Shown: positions 1 to 7,001 of the stretch, one piece after another
Layout: every line of letters starts with the position of its first letter
Position numbering within the stretch: position 1 is the stretch's first letter
Origin: an uncultured Candidatus Saccharibacteria bacterium
GTDB lineage: Bacteria > Patescibacteriota > Saccharimonadia > Saccharimonadales > Saccharimonadaceae
NCBI GenBank assembly: GCA_964561295.1
Contig: CAZLPA010000002.1
Location: forward strand, 21,542-45,541
Direction: 5' to 3'
DNA: 24,000 nt
Translations under genes and position numbers: made by a program
The notes under the pieces: generated by a model
Told to the model about the DNA's origin: nothing
Databases searched by the model: none
What the model saw: the letters and a program-made list of their open reading frames with translations, nothing else

Positions 1-1
1 T

Positions 2-1255
2 GAGGATATCTTATTTACGATCGGACTAATTCAGAATCCAGCAGTGAAATCAATTTATGAATCCAACCTAGCCGGGGTGAGTGTATCTGAAAATGAGGAA
101 GGAGAGATTATTTTTACTTTGCCATCGGCTTATGCGGATTTTGCAACAGCGCTAGAAATTCCAGTAGTGCCTAAACACGAATTGGAAGACGCAGTGGTAA
201 AAAATTTGATTGAGGATGAGTTCTCTAACGCGCCAGTTACTTCTGGCCCATTTGCTTTTAATGCTTTACAGTCGATGACAACAAGTGATGAAGAAGTGGT
301 ATATCTAACTGCAAATCCAAATTATTATTTGGGTAAACCAATGCTGAACAGTTTTGCAGTACATACCTATGCCGACAAAAATAGCGTAATTAACGCCGTA
401 AATAATGGGGCGGTAACGGCTACGGCTGAATTGTCTGGTCTGGAAGCAGATAAAGTCGCCTCGCAAGCGTTTTATAAGAAAGATTCTGGCATTGCGGCCG
501 GTGTGTTTATGTTCTTTAATACATCTAATGCTAGCTTGCGTAATGCTAATTTGCGCGCTGCTATTCGTCGTGGACTTGATATTTCAGCGATTCGCACGGC
601 GGCACCCAACACAATTGCATTGGATTACCCATTTATTAACTCACAGATTCAATTGTCAAACTATCCACAAATCCCGAATTATGATTTTGAGGCTGCAAAA
701 ACAGCTATTGATGGCATTATAGGAGAGAGCCCACTAAGTCTTGAAATAGCTACAGTCAATTCTGGTTATCTACCGGTAGTTTCAGAAGTAATTAAAGAGC
801 AACTGGCATCATTAGGAATTGAAGTTAAAGTAACGGTTTATGAGGAGACGCAAGATTTTATCGCCAATATAATTGCAAAGAGAAATTATGACATATTAAT
901 TTATGAAATTGAACTAGGAGCCGATCCAGATCCTTTGCCGTATTATCATTCGTCGCAGGCTTCAGCGGCAGGGTTAAATTTGTCCAATTATAACAATACA
1001 TTGGTAGATGATCTTTTAATTGGGGCAAGAGAAACGCTAGATCCAACTCTAAGGGCCAAGAAATATGAGTCTTTTCTTAGCCATTGGGTAACAGACGTAC
1101 CGGCTATTGGTTTATACCAAGCTAATTTAACCTATATTTTCAATAAGAATGTGCGGGTTTATGGTAATGATGTGAGATTAGTAACGGCGATTGACCGTTT
1201 TTCGGATATTTTAAATTATGCCACCGTGCGGGCGGGTAGAAATAAAACGCCTTAG
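2..1255 (+). CDS. ABC transporter substrate-binding protein, family 5 (peptide/nickel type), 5'-truncated by the window edge
   Basis: The reading frame is open from nt 2, so the GTG at 44 in the ORF track is internal. The C-terminal region (GADPDPLPYYHSS...NLSNYNNTLVDDLL...R...Y...Q...DVPAIGLYQ) is typical of SBP_bac_5 proteins. TAG stop at 1253-1255. Confidence 0.7.
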   Translation, partial: EDILFTIGLIQNPAVKSIYESNLAGVSVSENEEGEIIFTLPSAYADFATALEIPVVPKHELEDAVVKNLIEDEFSNAPVTSGPFAFNALQSMTTSDEEVVYLTANPNYYLGKPMLNSFAVHTYADKNSVINAVNNGAVTATAELSGLEADKVASQAFYKKDSGIAAGVFMFFNTSNASLRNANLRAAIRRGLDISAIRTAAPNTIALDYPFINSQIQLSNYPQIPNYDFEAAKTAIDGIIGESPLSLEIATVNSGYLPVVSEVIKEQLASLGIEVKVTVYEETQDFIANIIAKRNYDILIYEIELGADPDPLPYYHSSQASAAGLNLSNYNNTLVDDLLIGARETLDPTLRAKKYESFLSHWVTDVPAIGLYQANLTYIFNKNVRVYGNDVRLVTAIDRFSDILNYATVRAGRNKTP

Positions 1256-1261
1256 GATTAT

Positions 1262-1744
1262 ATGGACAATAAGCCAGAAGATTGGGAAAAGTGGCGACGC
1301 ATTAAGGCTGAGAAAGAGAAGGCCAGTCGGGAAACGCTAACCGAAAATAAGGCTAATTTGCAATATTTAGACGCCAAATCGTTTGCCGTAAGAAAAGGCC
1401 TTTCGCGCAATCCAGAGGCGTATCGGGCTGGAAGCGAGAAAATATCTGGTATCTGTCTAGTAACAATTATTTTGGGCGCAATCCTTGACGCCGTTATGAC
1501 TTTTATAATGGTAAACTTAAAAATGGGGCTGGTAGATAGTATCCCTGCTAAGATTGAGGAATTCGTTTATTTAGTCTTAGTTCTTATACCGGCCTTTGCG
1601 TCAATTGTGGCAGCAATCGAAGCAGTAATCTATTCTTATAAAACTCGCAAAAAGTTGACCGGGCCTTTGATAAACACAATTATAACTATCATAATTTTCG
1701 TAGCGCACCAAAAGATCCGAGAGCTAATTATTATTTCCAGTTAG
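1262..1744 (+). CDS. hypothetical small membrane protein: charged N-terminal about 60 aa followed by 3 predicted TM helices
   Basis: 160-aa ORF starting 7 nt after the upstream stop. Hydrophobic stretches are ICLVTIILGAILDAVMTFIMV, FVYLVLVLIPAFASIVAAIEAVI and LINTIITIIIFV. No family recognised. Confidence 0.55.
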   Translation: MDNKPEDWEKWRRIKAEKEKASRETLTENKANLQYLDAKSFAVRKGLSRNPEAYRAGSEKISGICLVTIILGAILDAVMTFIMVNLKMGLVDSIPAKIEEFVYLVLVLIPAFASIVAAIEAVIYSYKTRKKLTGPLINTIITIIIFVAHQKIRELIIISS

Positions 1745-1754
1745 CCCGAGAATA

Positions 1755-1763
1755 TGATATAAT
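1755..1763 (+). promoter_or_regulatory. extended -10 promoter element (TGATATAAT) for tRNA-Leu
   Basis: TGnTATAAT lies 8 nt upstream of the mature tRNA 5' end at 1772. Confidence 0.5.
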
Positions 1764-1771
1764 GTAAATAT

Positions 1772-1862
1772 GCGCCTGTGGTGGAATTGGTAGACACGCT
1801 ACCTTGAGGTGGTAGTGGCCAGATTCACGGCTGTGCTAGTTCGAGTCTAGTCAGGCGCACCA
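1772..1862 (+). tRNA. tRNA-Leu, anticodon GAG, type II long variable arm, CCA encoded
   Basis: Hand-folded cloverleaf. Acceptor GCGCCTG/CAGGCGC. Anticodon stem CTACC/GGTAG with loop TTGAGGT, giving anticodon GAG. Long variable arm. T-arm GCTAG-TTCGAGT-CTAGT. Discriminator A followed by CCA at 1860-1862. Confidence 0.9.
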
Positions 1863-1906
1863 AGCCTTGTAGGCTTGCTCAAAAGGTAGCCTTGGCGCTT
1901 CGCGAG

Positions 1907-1929
1907 CGAGTCTGGTTAGGCGCACCAAG
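1907..1929 (+). repeat. degenerate direct copy of the tRNA-Leu 3' end (21/23 nt identical to 1842-1864)
   Basis: cgagtctagtcaggcgcaccaag (1842-1864) compared with cgagtctggttaggcgcaccaag (1907-1929). The upstream part of the second copy does not fold as a T-arm. Confidence 0.75.
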
Positions 1930-1948
1930 TTTTAGAGTAAGGAGGTAA

Positions 1949-2953
1949 ATGAAGAAACTACGTTCAAAGGTTTTGTGGTTTGTACTGACACTGTTTTTGG
2001 GGTCAGTTTTTTGTTTGACTGGCAATGTAAAAGCTGAGGGCGAAAGCGATACTGACGAGATGGCGAAAGCTGCCACTAGCATCAGCATTAGTCCAGTGAG
2101 CAAAATATTACAATTAGAGCCTAGCACCGTTTATGAAGATTCTTTTAAAGTCACCAATAATGGTAGCGGCGTGATGAACTTTGAAGTTTATGCTTCTCCT
2201 TATTCTTATACTTTCTCTGAAAGTGATAATGAGTATAAACTCGGTTTTAGTCGCGAAAATACCTATACCCAAATCACTCGTTGGATTACTTTTAAAGATG
2301 TGGATGGTAATTATGTCGAAAACCCACGTTTTGTGGCGGAACCGGGCGAGAGTGTAAAAGTTGACTATCGAATTTCTACGCCATCCAGCTTGCCCGCAGG
2401 TGGACAGTATGCAGTACTCTTTGCACATACGTTGTCTGCTTCCACCACCTCAAGTGGTATTAAAACTGAAGCAAGCCCCGGCCTGGTGGTATATGGGCGC
2501 TCGGACGGCGAAACTGTTACAGCGGGAGAAATTTCGGAATTAGCTATTTATCAAACTATTGAGAAAGACGGCGAGACTAAGAGTATCATTAATGCTACGG
2601 CAAAAGTAAAAAACACTGGCAATGTGGACTTTATGGCTACTGGCAGATTGAAAGTTACGGGAATTTTTGGGAGAGTGTACTACGAAACCATGACCACACA
2701 AGGTAGGATTTCGGTAATCCCAGAATCTGAGCTAACGGTTTCGGATGAGTGGGAAGATACACCTTATTTTGGTTTGTTTAACGCCACTTGGACAGTTACA
2801 GCGGCAGGCGAAGAGGAGACGGTTTCGCGAGTAATTTTGATTTTACCGGCGCCGATAATTGTGGTTATGATTTTGCTCTTGACAATTATCGTAGTATGGA
2901 TTATAGTTATGGTTAGGAAGCGCAAGGAGCGCCGTTCTAGATTTATGGTCTAG
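1949..2953 (+). CDS. secreted cell-surface protein with C-terminal TM anchor; architecture resembles DUF916/DUF3324 (CscA-like) surface proteins
   Basis: Strong SD (taaggaggtaaATG). Signal peptide MKKLRSKVLWFVLTLFLGSVFCLTGNVKA/EG. Two beta-rich modules: ISISPV...FKVTNNG...NFEV, then WITF...V.PGESV.V...ISTP..LP.GGQY, then ..VKNTGNV.. C-terminal anchor ILILPAPIIVVMILLLTIIVVWIIVMV followed by RKRKERRSR. Confidence 0.6.
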   Translation: MKKLRSKVLWFVLTLFLGSVFCLTGNVKAEGESDTDEMAKAATSISISPVSKILQLEPSTVYEDSFKVTNNGSGVMNFEVYASPYSYTFSESDNEYKLGFSRENTYTQITRWITFKDVDGNYVENPRFVAEPGESVKVDYRISTPSSLPAGGQYAVLFAHTLSASTTSSGIKTEASPGLVVYGRSDGETVTAGEISELAIYQTIEKDGETKSIINATAKVKNTGNVDFMATGRLKVTGIFGRVYYETMTTQGRISVIPESELTVSDEWEDTPYFGLFNATWTVTAAGEEETVSRVILILPAPIIVVMILLLTIIVVWIIVMVRKRKERRSRFMV

Positions 2954-3020
2954 GTGGCCCATGTGGAGTGAGTCCTTGCAAAGCCAAAATAAACATTAAA
3001 TATAAACAAGAGTGTAGAGT

Positions 3021-3905
3021 ATGAAAAGAGCAAAAAAGAGGATTCTTGGCTTCTTCGGCTTGTCTTTAGTTGCTGCAATGACTTTTGTGGCAGCTTTGAT
3101 ACCTGGGCCAGAAGCTTCGGCTTTAACAAGCATAACAGATACGCTGCAAATACGCGTGGTGGGTAGCGTGCCAAATGCAACCTTTGCGCAGCCCAGCGAG
3201 AATATTACTACCACAAATCCTGAGCAGTGGCTGTCTATTCTTTACGAGAATGTAACTTCAGTAAAAGTAATGTTAAATTATACGGATAAGGACGATGAGT
3301 CCCATGAGTCTATTTTTGCAGTCTATGATGGTTTGGATTATTATGCTGGGCAACAAAATACGAATCTTGATTTAAGTGGCCCAAGCTATGGCTATGGAAA
3401 ATACGTATTTTCGCTCTATGGTGTAGGCTACGAAGGAAGTGAAGTACCGCTCGATAGTGTATCTATTACGTATCTACCTATAATTGCGTCAGCTTCCCAG
3501 AATGAAGACGACGGCTTAGTTGATTTGATAGTGAACGAATATAGCGACGAAGTAGAAACGGTGGAAATATATATTGACGGTGAGCTGATTAAGACCGCCA
3601 AAAAAGATGAGTTAGATAGCGCAATAAAGCTGTCGCTCGGCAACCGTAAAACTGGCGATTATGACTTATTGCTGGTAGCAAAGGATAGTGAAAAAAATCA
3701 ACTATATAAACCTTATAAACTTACAGTCCACTATGATACTATTTACGTGCCGGATACTGGACGCTTCTTTAGAAGCTTAAATATCTCTCGAGAGGATTAT
3801 TTGGTGACTGGATTGATTATATTCTTCGTGTTTGGCATAGTGGCATTTGGAATTGTGGCAAAAGGCGGCCGACGCCAAACGAAAGCTACTCGGAAAAAAC
3901 ATTAA
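3021..3905 (+). CDS. secreted surface protein with LPXTG-like (VPDTG) motif, C-terminal hydrophobic segment and basic tail
   Basis: Signal peptide MKRAKKRILGFFGLSLVAAMTFVAALIPGPEASA/LT. VPDTG is encoded at 3747-3761. It is followed 14 aa later by LVTGLIIFFVFGIVAFGIV and then KGGRRQTKATRKKH. The body looks like two Ig-like beta-sandwich modules. Confidence 0.6.
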   Translation: MKRAKKRILGFFGLSLVAAMTFVAALIPGPEASALTSITDTLQIRVVGSVPNATFAQPSENITTTNPEQWLSILYENVTSVKVMLNYTDKDDESHESIFAVYDGLDYYAGQQNTNLDLSGPSYGYGKYVFSLYGVGYEGSEVPLDSVSITYLPIIASASQNEDDGLVDLIVNEYSDEVETVEIYIDGELIKTAKKDELDSAIKLSLGNRKTGDYDLLLVAKDSEKNQLYKPYKLTVHYDTIYVPDTGRFFRSLNISREDYLVTGLIIFFVFGIVAFGIVAKGGRRQTKATRKKH

Positions 3906-3920
3906 ATTATTAAACTCTAC

Positions 3921-3962
3921 AAAAAAATGGACGCTCATAACTGCGAGGGCGTCCATTTTTTA
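3921..3962. terminator. bidirectional rho-independent terminator between convergent genes
   Basis: Stem ATGGACGC (3927-3934) pairs with GCGTCCAT (3949-3956). It is flanked by an A-run (3921-3926) and a T-run (3957-3961). Confidence 0.75.
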
Positions 3963-4292
3963 TTATTGCTCAGCTTTAGCTTTCTTTTCGGCTTCTTTTT
4001 GGGCTTTCTTGGCCTTATTTTCGAGAGCTTCCTTGAGCTTGGCGGCTTTAGCGGCACGAGCTTTGAAGCGATCGACGCGACCTTCGGTATCGATAATCTT
4101 CTCCTCGCCAGTAAAGAACGGGTGGGAGGCAGAAGAAATTTGTACCTTAACTAGTGGATATTCATTACCATCTTCCCATTTGATGGTTTCTTCGCTCTTC
4201 GCAGTAGACTTGGTGAGGAACGAAAAATTCGCAGCTTCGTCCATAAAGACGACATCACGATAATCTTTAGGGTGTAATTCTGTTTTACTCAT
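3963..4292 (-). CDS. rpmE2: 50S ribosomal protein L31 type B (no zinc-binding Cys motif) with Lys/Ala-rich C-terminal extension
   Basis: [18 protein letters not shown]...FLTKST...[27 protein letters not shown]...DTEGRVDRF matches the L31-B pattern. The tail is [30 protein letters not shown]. Confidence 0.9.
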   Translation of the reverse strand: MSKTELHPKDYRDVVFMDEAANFSFLTKSTAKSEETIKWEDGNEYPLVKVQISSASHPFFTGEEKIIDTEGRVDRFKARAAKAAKLKEALENKAKKAQKEAEKKAKAEQ

Positions 4293-4303
4293 AATTATTG
4301 ATG

Positions 4304-4312
4304 ATTATATCA
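4304..4312 (-). promoter_or_regulatory. extended -10 (TGATATAAT on minus strand) for rpmE2
   Basis: Plus-strand attatatca is TGATATAAT on the minus strand, 11 nt upstream of the ATG at 4292. A TTTACA-like -35 sits 17 nt upstream. Confidence 0.5.
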
Positions 4313-4316
4313 GAGA

Positions 4317-4345
4317 TTGACTTTTTTGTAAAGGCGTGATATAAT
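4317..4345 (+). promoter_or_regulatory. consensus sigma-70-type promoter for the rpsB-tsf operon (TTGACT-N17-TATAAT with TG extension)
   Basis: TTGACT at 4317-4322, 17-nt spacer, TGATATAAT at 4337-4345. This leaves a leader of about 80 nt that contains a 9-bp stem (4372-4380 with 4401-4409) and the SD aaaggaaa. Confidence 0.65.
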
Positions 4346-4427
4346 GAAGGTATATACTATTTAATGAAACACTCCCGAGAGGATTTCCTGATAGCGAGGT
4401 TCTTGGGAGAAAGAGAAAGGAAATCAT

Positions 4428-5114
4428 ATGACAGTAGCTGTCGATATGAAGGCTTTGCTCGAAGCTGGTGCTCATTTTGGGCATAAAACGAGTCGTTGGC
4501 ACCCAAAGATGGCGCCATATATTCATAGCAAGCGCCAGGATGCGCACATTATCAATCTTGAAAAGACCGTGGAAGGCCTTGAGGTAGCTCTACCAAAAAT
4601 TACCGAGATTGCAAAAAATGGCAAAAAAGTATTATTTGTTGGTACTAAGAAGCAGATGAAAGACGCTGTAAAAGAAGCGGCTGAATCTGTAGACATGCCA
4701 TATATGACAGTACGCTGGGTTGGTGGTACTCTTACCAACGTAGAGACCGTTAACCGCCAGATTAAAAAGTTGAAGGATTTGGAGCGCCGAATGGCTTCGG
4801 GCGAGCTGGAGAACCGTTATTCTAAGCTTGAAGTTCAAAGATTTCAAGAGGAAATCGATTTGCTTAATGAGCGTTACGGTGGCATCAAAGAGATGACTGA
4901 GCAGCCAGCAGCAATTATTGTAGTGGATGCGATTGAAGATAAAAATGCCATCAAAGAAGCTAACGGGCTTCATATTCCAGTATTTGCCTTGACCGACACC
5001 AATGTTGACCCGACCAATATTGATTATGTGATTCCGATGAACGATGATGCGGTAAAGGCAACTAAGCTCGTACTTAGCTACTTCGTTGAGGCAATCAAAG
5101 AAGGTAAAAAATAA
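4428..5114 (+). CDS. rpsB: 30S ribosomal protein S2
   Basis: The N-terminus LLEAGAHFGHKTSRWHPKMAPYI...HIINLEKT is the canonical S2 signature. Confidence 0.97.
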   Translation: MTVAVDMKALLEAGAHFGHKTSRWHPKMAPYIHSKRQDAHIINLEKTVEGLEVALPKITEIAKNGKKVLFVGTKKQMKDAVKEAAESVDMPYMTVRWVGGTLTNVETVNRQIKKLKDLERRMASGELENRYSKLEVQRFQEEIDLLNERYGGIKEMTEQPAAIIVVDAIEDKNAIKEANGLHIPVFALTDTNVDPTNIDYVIPMNDDAVKATKLVLSYFVEAIKEGKK

Positions 5115-5129
5115 TTTAGGAGGCAAAAA

Positions 5130-5720
5130 ATGGCTGAAATCTCAATTGAACAGATTAAGAAACTAAAAGAGCTCTCCGGCGTGGGTTTAACTGATGCTAA
5201 GCAAGCCTTGGTAGAAGCCGATGGAGATTTTGATAAAGCACTAGAAGCGATGCGCAAAAAAGGCCTTACCAAAGCCGAGAAACGTGGCGATCGTGAAACG
5301 CGTGAAGGTTTGATTGATGCTTATATCCATGATGGTCGTCTTGGCGCCATTGTGGAAGTGAACTGCGAGACTTCTTTTGTAGCTAAGACTGATGAATTCA
5401 AAACTTTGGCTCACCAAATTGCAATGCAAGTGGCATCAATGGCACCACTTTACGTATCCGAAGAAGATATTCCGGCCGAAGTACGTGAAGCTAAGATGAA
5501 AGAGCTTGAAGCTAACTTCAAGGGGCCAGAGAATATGAAAGCACAGATTTTGGAAGGACAAGCTAAGAAGGCTTTTTCTGACAAAGTTTTGATGAATCAA
5601 CCGTACATTTTGGATGATTCAAAGACAGTTGAGCAATTCATCAAGGAAGCAATCGCCAAAACTGGCGAGAACATTACTGTGCGCCAATTTAAACGTATTG
5701 AGCTCGGCGTAACCGAATAA
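5130..5720 (+). CDS. tsf: translation elongation factor Ts (short form)
   Basis: SD taggagg lies upstream. IKKLKELSGVGLTDAKQALVEADGDFDKALEAMRKKG is the UBA-like N-domain. GAIVEVNCETSFVAKT is also present. Confidence 0.95.
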   Translation: MAEISIEQIKKLKELSGVGLTDAKQALVEADGDFDKALEAMRKKGLTKAEKRGDRETREGLIDAYIHDGRLGAIVEVNCETSFVAKTDEFKTLAHQIAMQVASMAPLYVSEEDIPAEVREAKMKELEANFKGPENMKAQILEGQAKKAFSDKVLMNQPYILDDSKTVEQFIKEAIAKTGENITVRQFKRIELGVTE

Positions 5721-5724
5721 TTTT

Positions 5725-5772
5725 AAAACTCCTTAACTATGCTATAATGTAAGTATAATTAAGGAGTTTTTT
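5725..5772 (+). terminator. tsf-frr intergenic hairpin: perfect 12-bp stem whose 3' arm contains the frr SD; putative terminator or SD-sequestering structure
   Basis: AAAACTCCTTAA (5725-5736) pairs with TTAAGGAGTTTT (5759-5770), followed by TT. The 22-nt loop carries TGCTATAAT (5740-5748). Confidence 0.4.
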
Positions 5773-6318
5773 ATGTTTGACACCAAAGAAGATCGCAAAA
5801 AGATGGAAGAAGTGGTGCAACGATTTAAGGATGAAATGAAAAAGGTGCGCACCGGACGGGCGCATCCGGATATGCTCTCTGGTGTTAAAGTAGAAGTCTA
5901 CGGGCAATTTATGCCGCTCAACCAAGTGGCCAATGTAACTGCGGCAGATGCAACTTTACTTGTGATTACGCCATTTGATCCTTCAACAATTCAAGCCATT
6001 GCGACAGCAATCCGAGCCGACCAAACTCTAGGACTAAACCCGGCTGATGATGGACGCGTAATCCGCGTACCAATTCCAGCTTTGACCGAGGAAAGACGTA
6101 AAGAAATTGTAAAAACGGCTTCAGCTAAAGTCGAGAATGCCAAAGTAGCGCTTAGAAATGCGCGTGAAGATGCTCGTAAGGCCGTGAAAATTGCCGCCGA
6201 AATGAGCGAGGACGTTAAGAAACGCGCCGAAAAAGAAATTGACGAACTGACTAAGGAATTTAGTGATAAAGTCGATGCTGAATTTAAAGCTAAATCCGAT
6301 GAGATTATGAAGATATGA
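5773..6318 (+). CDS. frr: ribosome recycling factor
   Basis: VRTGRAHPDMLSGVKVEVYG...PLNQVANV...I.PFD...AI..AI...LGLNP..DG..IRVPIP.LTEERRKE is the RRF signature. The TGA stop overlaps the uppS ATG (ATGA). Confidence 0.95.
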   Translation: MFDTKEDRKKMEEVVQRFKDEMKKVRTGRAHPDMLSGVKVEVYGQFMPLNQVANVTAADATLLVITPFDPSTIQAIATAIRADQTLGLNPADDGRVIRVPIPALTEERRKEIVKTASAKVENAKVALRNAREDARKAVKIAAEMSEDVKKRAEKEIDELTKEFSDKVDAEFKAKSDEIMKI

Positions 6319-6986
6319 GTTTAGAGCACCTTGGTATTATTGCAGACGGTAATCGTCGTTGGGCGAAAGAGCGCGGGTTGCCAACCATTGAGGGCCACAA
6401 AAAAGGTCTCGAAACAATAGAGACTTTGATAGGTGCCGCGAGAGAAGCGGGCGTTAAATATATTACTTTTTACGTTTTTAGCACAGAGAATTGGGGGCGA
6501 AGTGTCGACGAAGTTAGCTATATTATGAAGCTAGCTGAGACGCGTATTCTAAAATATGCTGAGAAGTTAGCAAAACATAATGCCAAAATGGTGATTTTGG
6601 GCGCAAAAAACAAAATTTCACCAACTTTAGCAAGTTTGATAGAAAAAGCCGAAAGGATGACAGCGGATTGCGATGGTATTACGGTGGGTTTTTGTTTTAA
6701 CTATGGTGGCGAGCAAGAAATTGCCGATGCGGCAACGATTGCGATAGAAGTTGATGGCAAAATAACACCTGAGACGATCAGGAAGCATCTTTACCATCCA
6801 GAAATCCCAAATGTCGATATGGTGGTAAGGACGAGTGGCGAAGAAAGAATTTCTGGGTTTATGTTGTGGCGAGCAGCTTATGCGGAAATGATGTTTGTAA
6901 AAAAATATTTCCCAGAGATGCAATCAGACGACATTAAAGAAATCTTAAAAGAATACGAAAAACGCAACCGGCGATTTGGCAAATAG
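6315..6986 (+). CDS. uppS: di-trans,poly-cis-undecaprenyl-diphosphate synthase
   Basis: GIIADGNRRWAKERGLP..EGH, FYVFSTENWGRS..EV and RTSGEERISGFMLWRAAYAEMMF are all present. Confidence 0.93.
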   Translation: MSLEHLGIIADGNRRWAKERGLPTIEGHKKGLETIETLIGAAREAGVKYITFYVFSTENWGRSVDEVSYIMKLAETRILKYAEKLAKHNAKMVILGAKNKISPTLASLIEKAERMTADCDGITVGFCFNYGGEQEIADAATIAIEVDGKITPETIRKHLYHPEIPNVDMVVRTSGEERISGFMLWRAAYAEMMFVKKYFPEMQSDDIKEILKEYEKRNRRFGK

Positions 6987-6995
6987 TGTTATAAT
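6987..6995 (+). promoter_or_regulatory. extended -10 (TGTTATAAT) 6 nt upstream of the rseP ATG; predicted leaderless start
   Basis: TATAAT at 6990-6995 and ATG at 7002, with no SD in between. Confidence 0.5.
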
Positions 6996-7001
6996 AAGCT
7001 T

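Noticed and set aside
1772-3905. Integrated mobile element or genomic island at tRNA-Leu
   Set aside because: The two tRNA-3'-end repeats are only 42 nt apart. There is no integrase, excisionase, transposase or phage gene anywhere in the window. The downstream surface genes are not bracketed by a distal repeat that I could find.
3963-4060. Lys/Ala-rich C-terminal tail of L31 as a separate fused domain or a mis-called stop
   Set aside because: It is a low-complexity basic extension contiguous with a complete L31-B core, and it ends right at the bidirectional terminator. Such tails are common on ribosomal proteins in reduced genomes, so it is not treated as a separate feature.
6315-6318. frr/uppS ATGA overlap as a recoding or frameshift site
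   Set aside because: This is an ordinary 4-nt stop/start overlap typical of translational coupling. Both proteins are full length.
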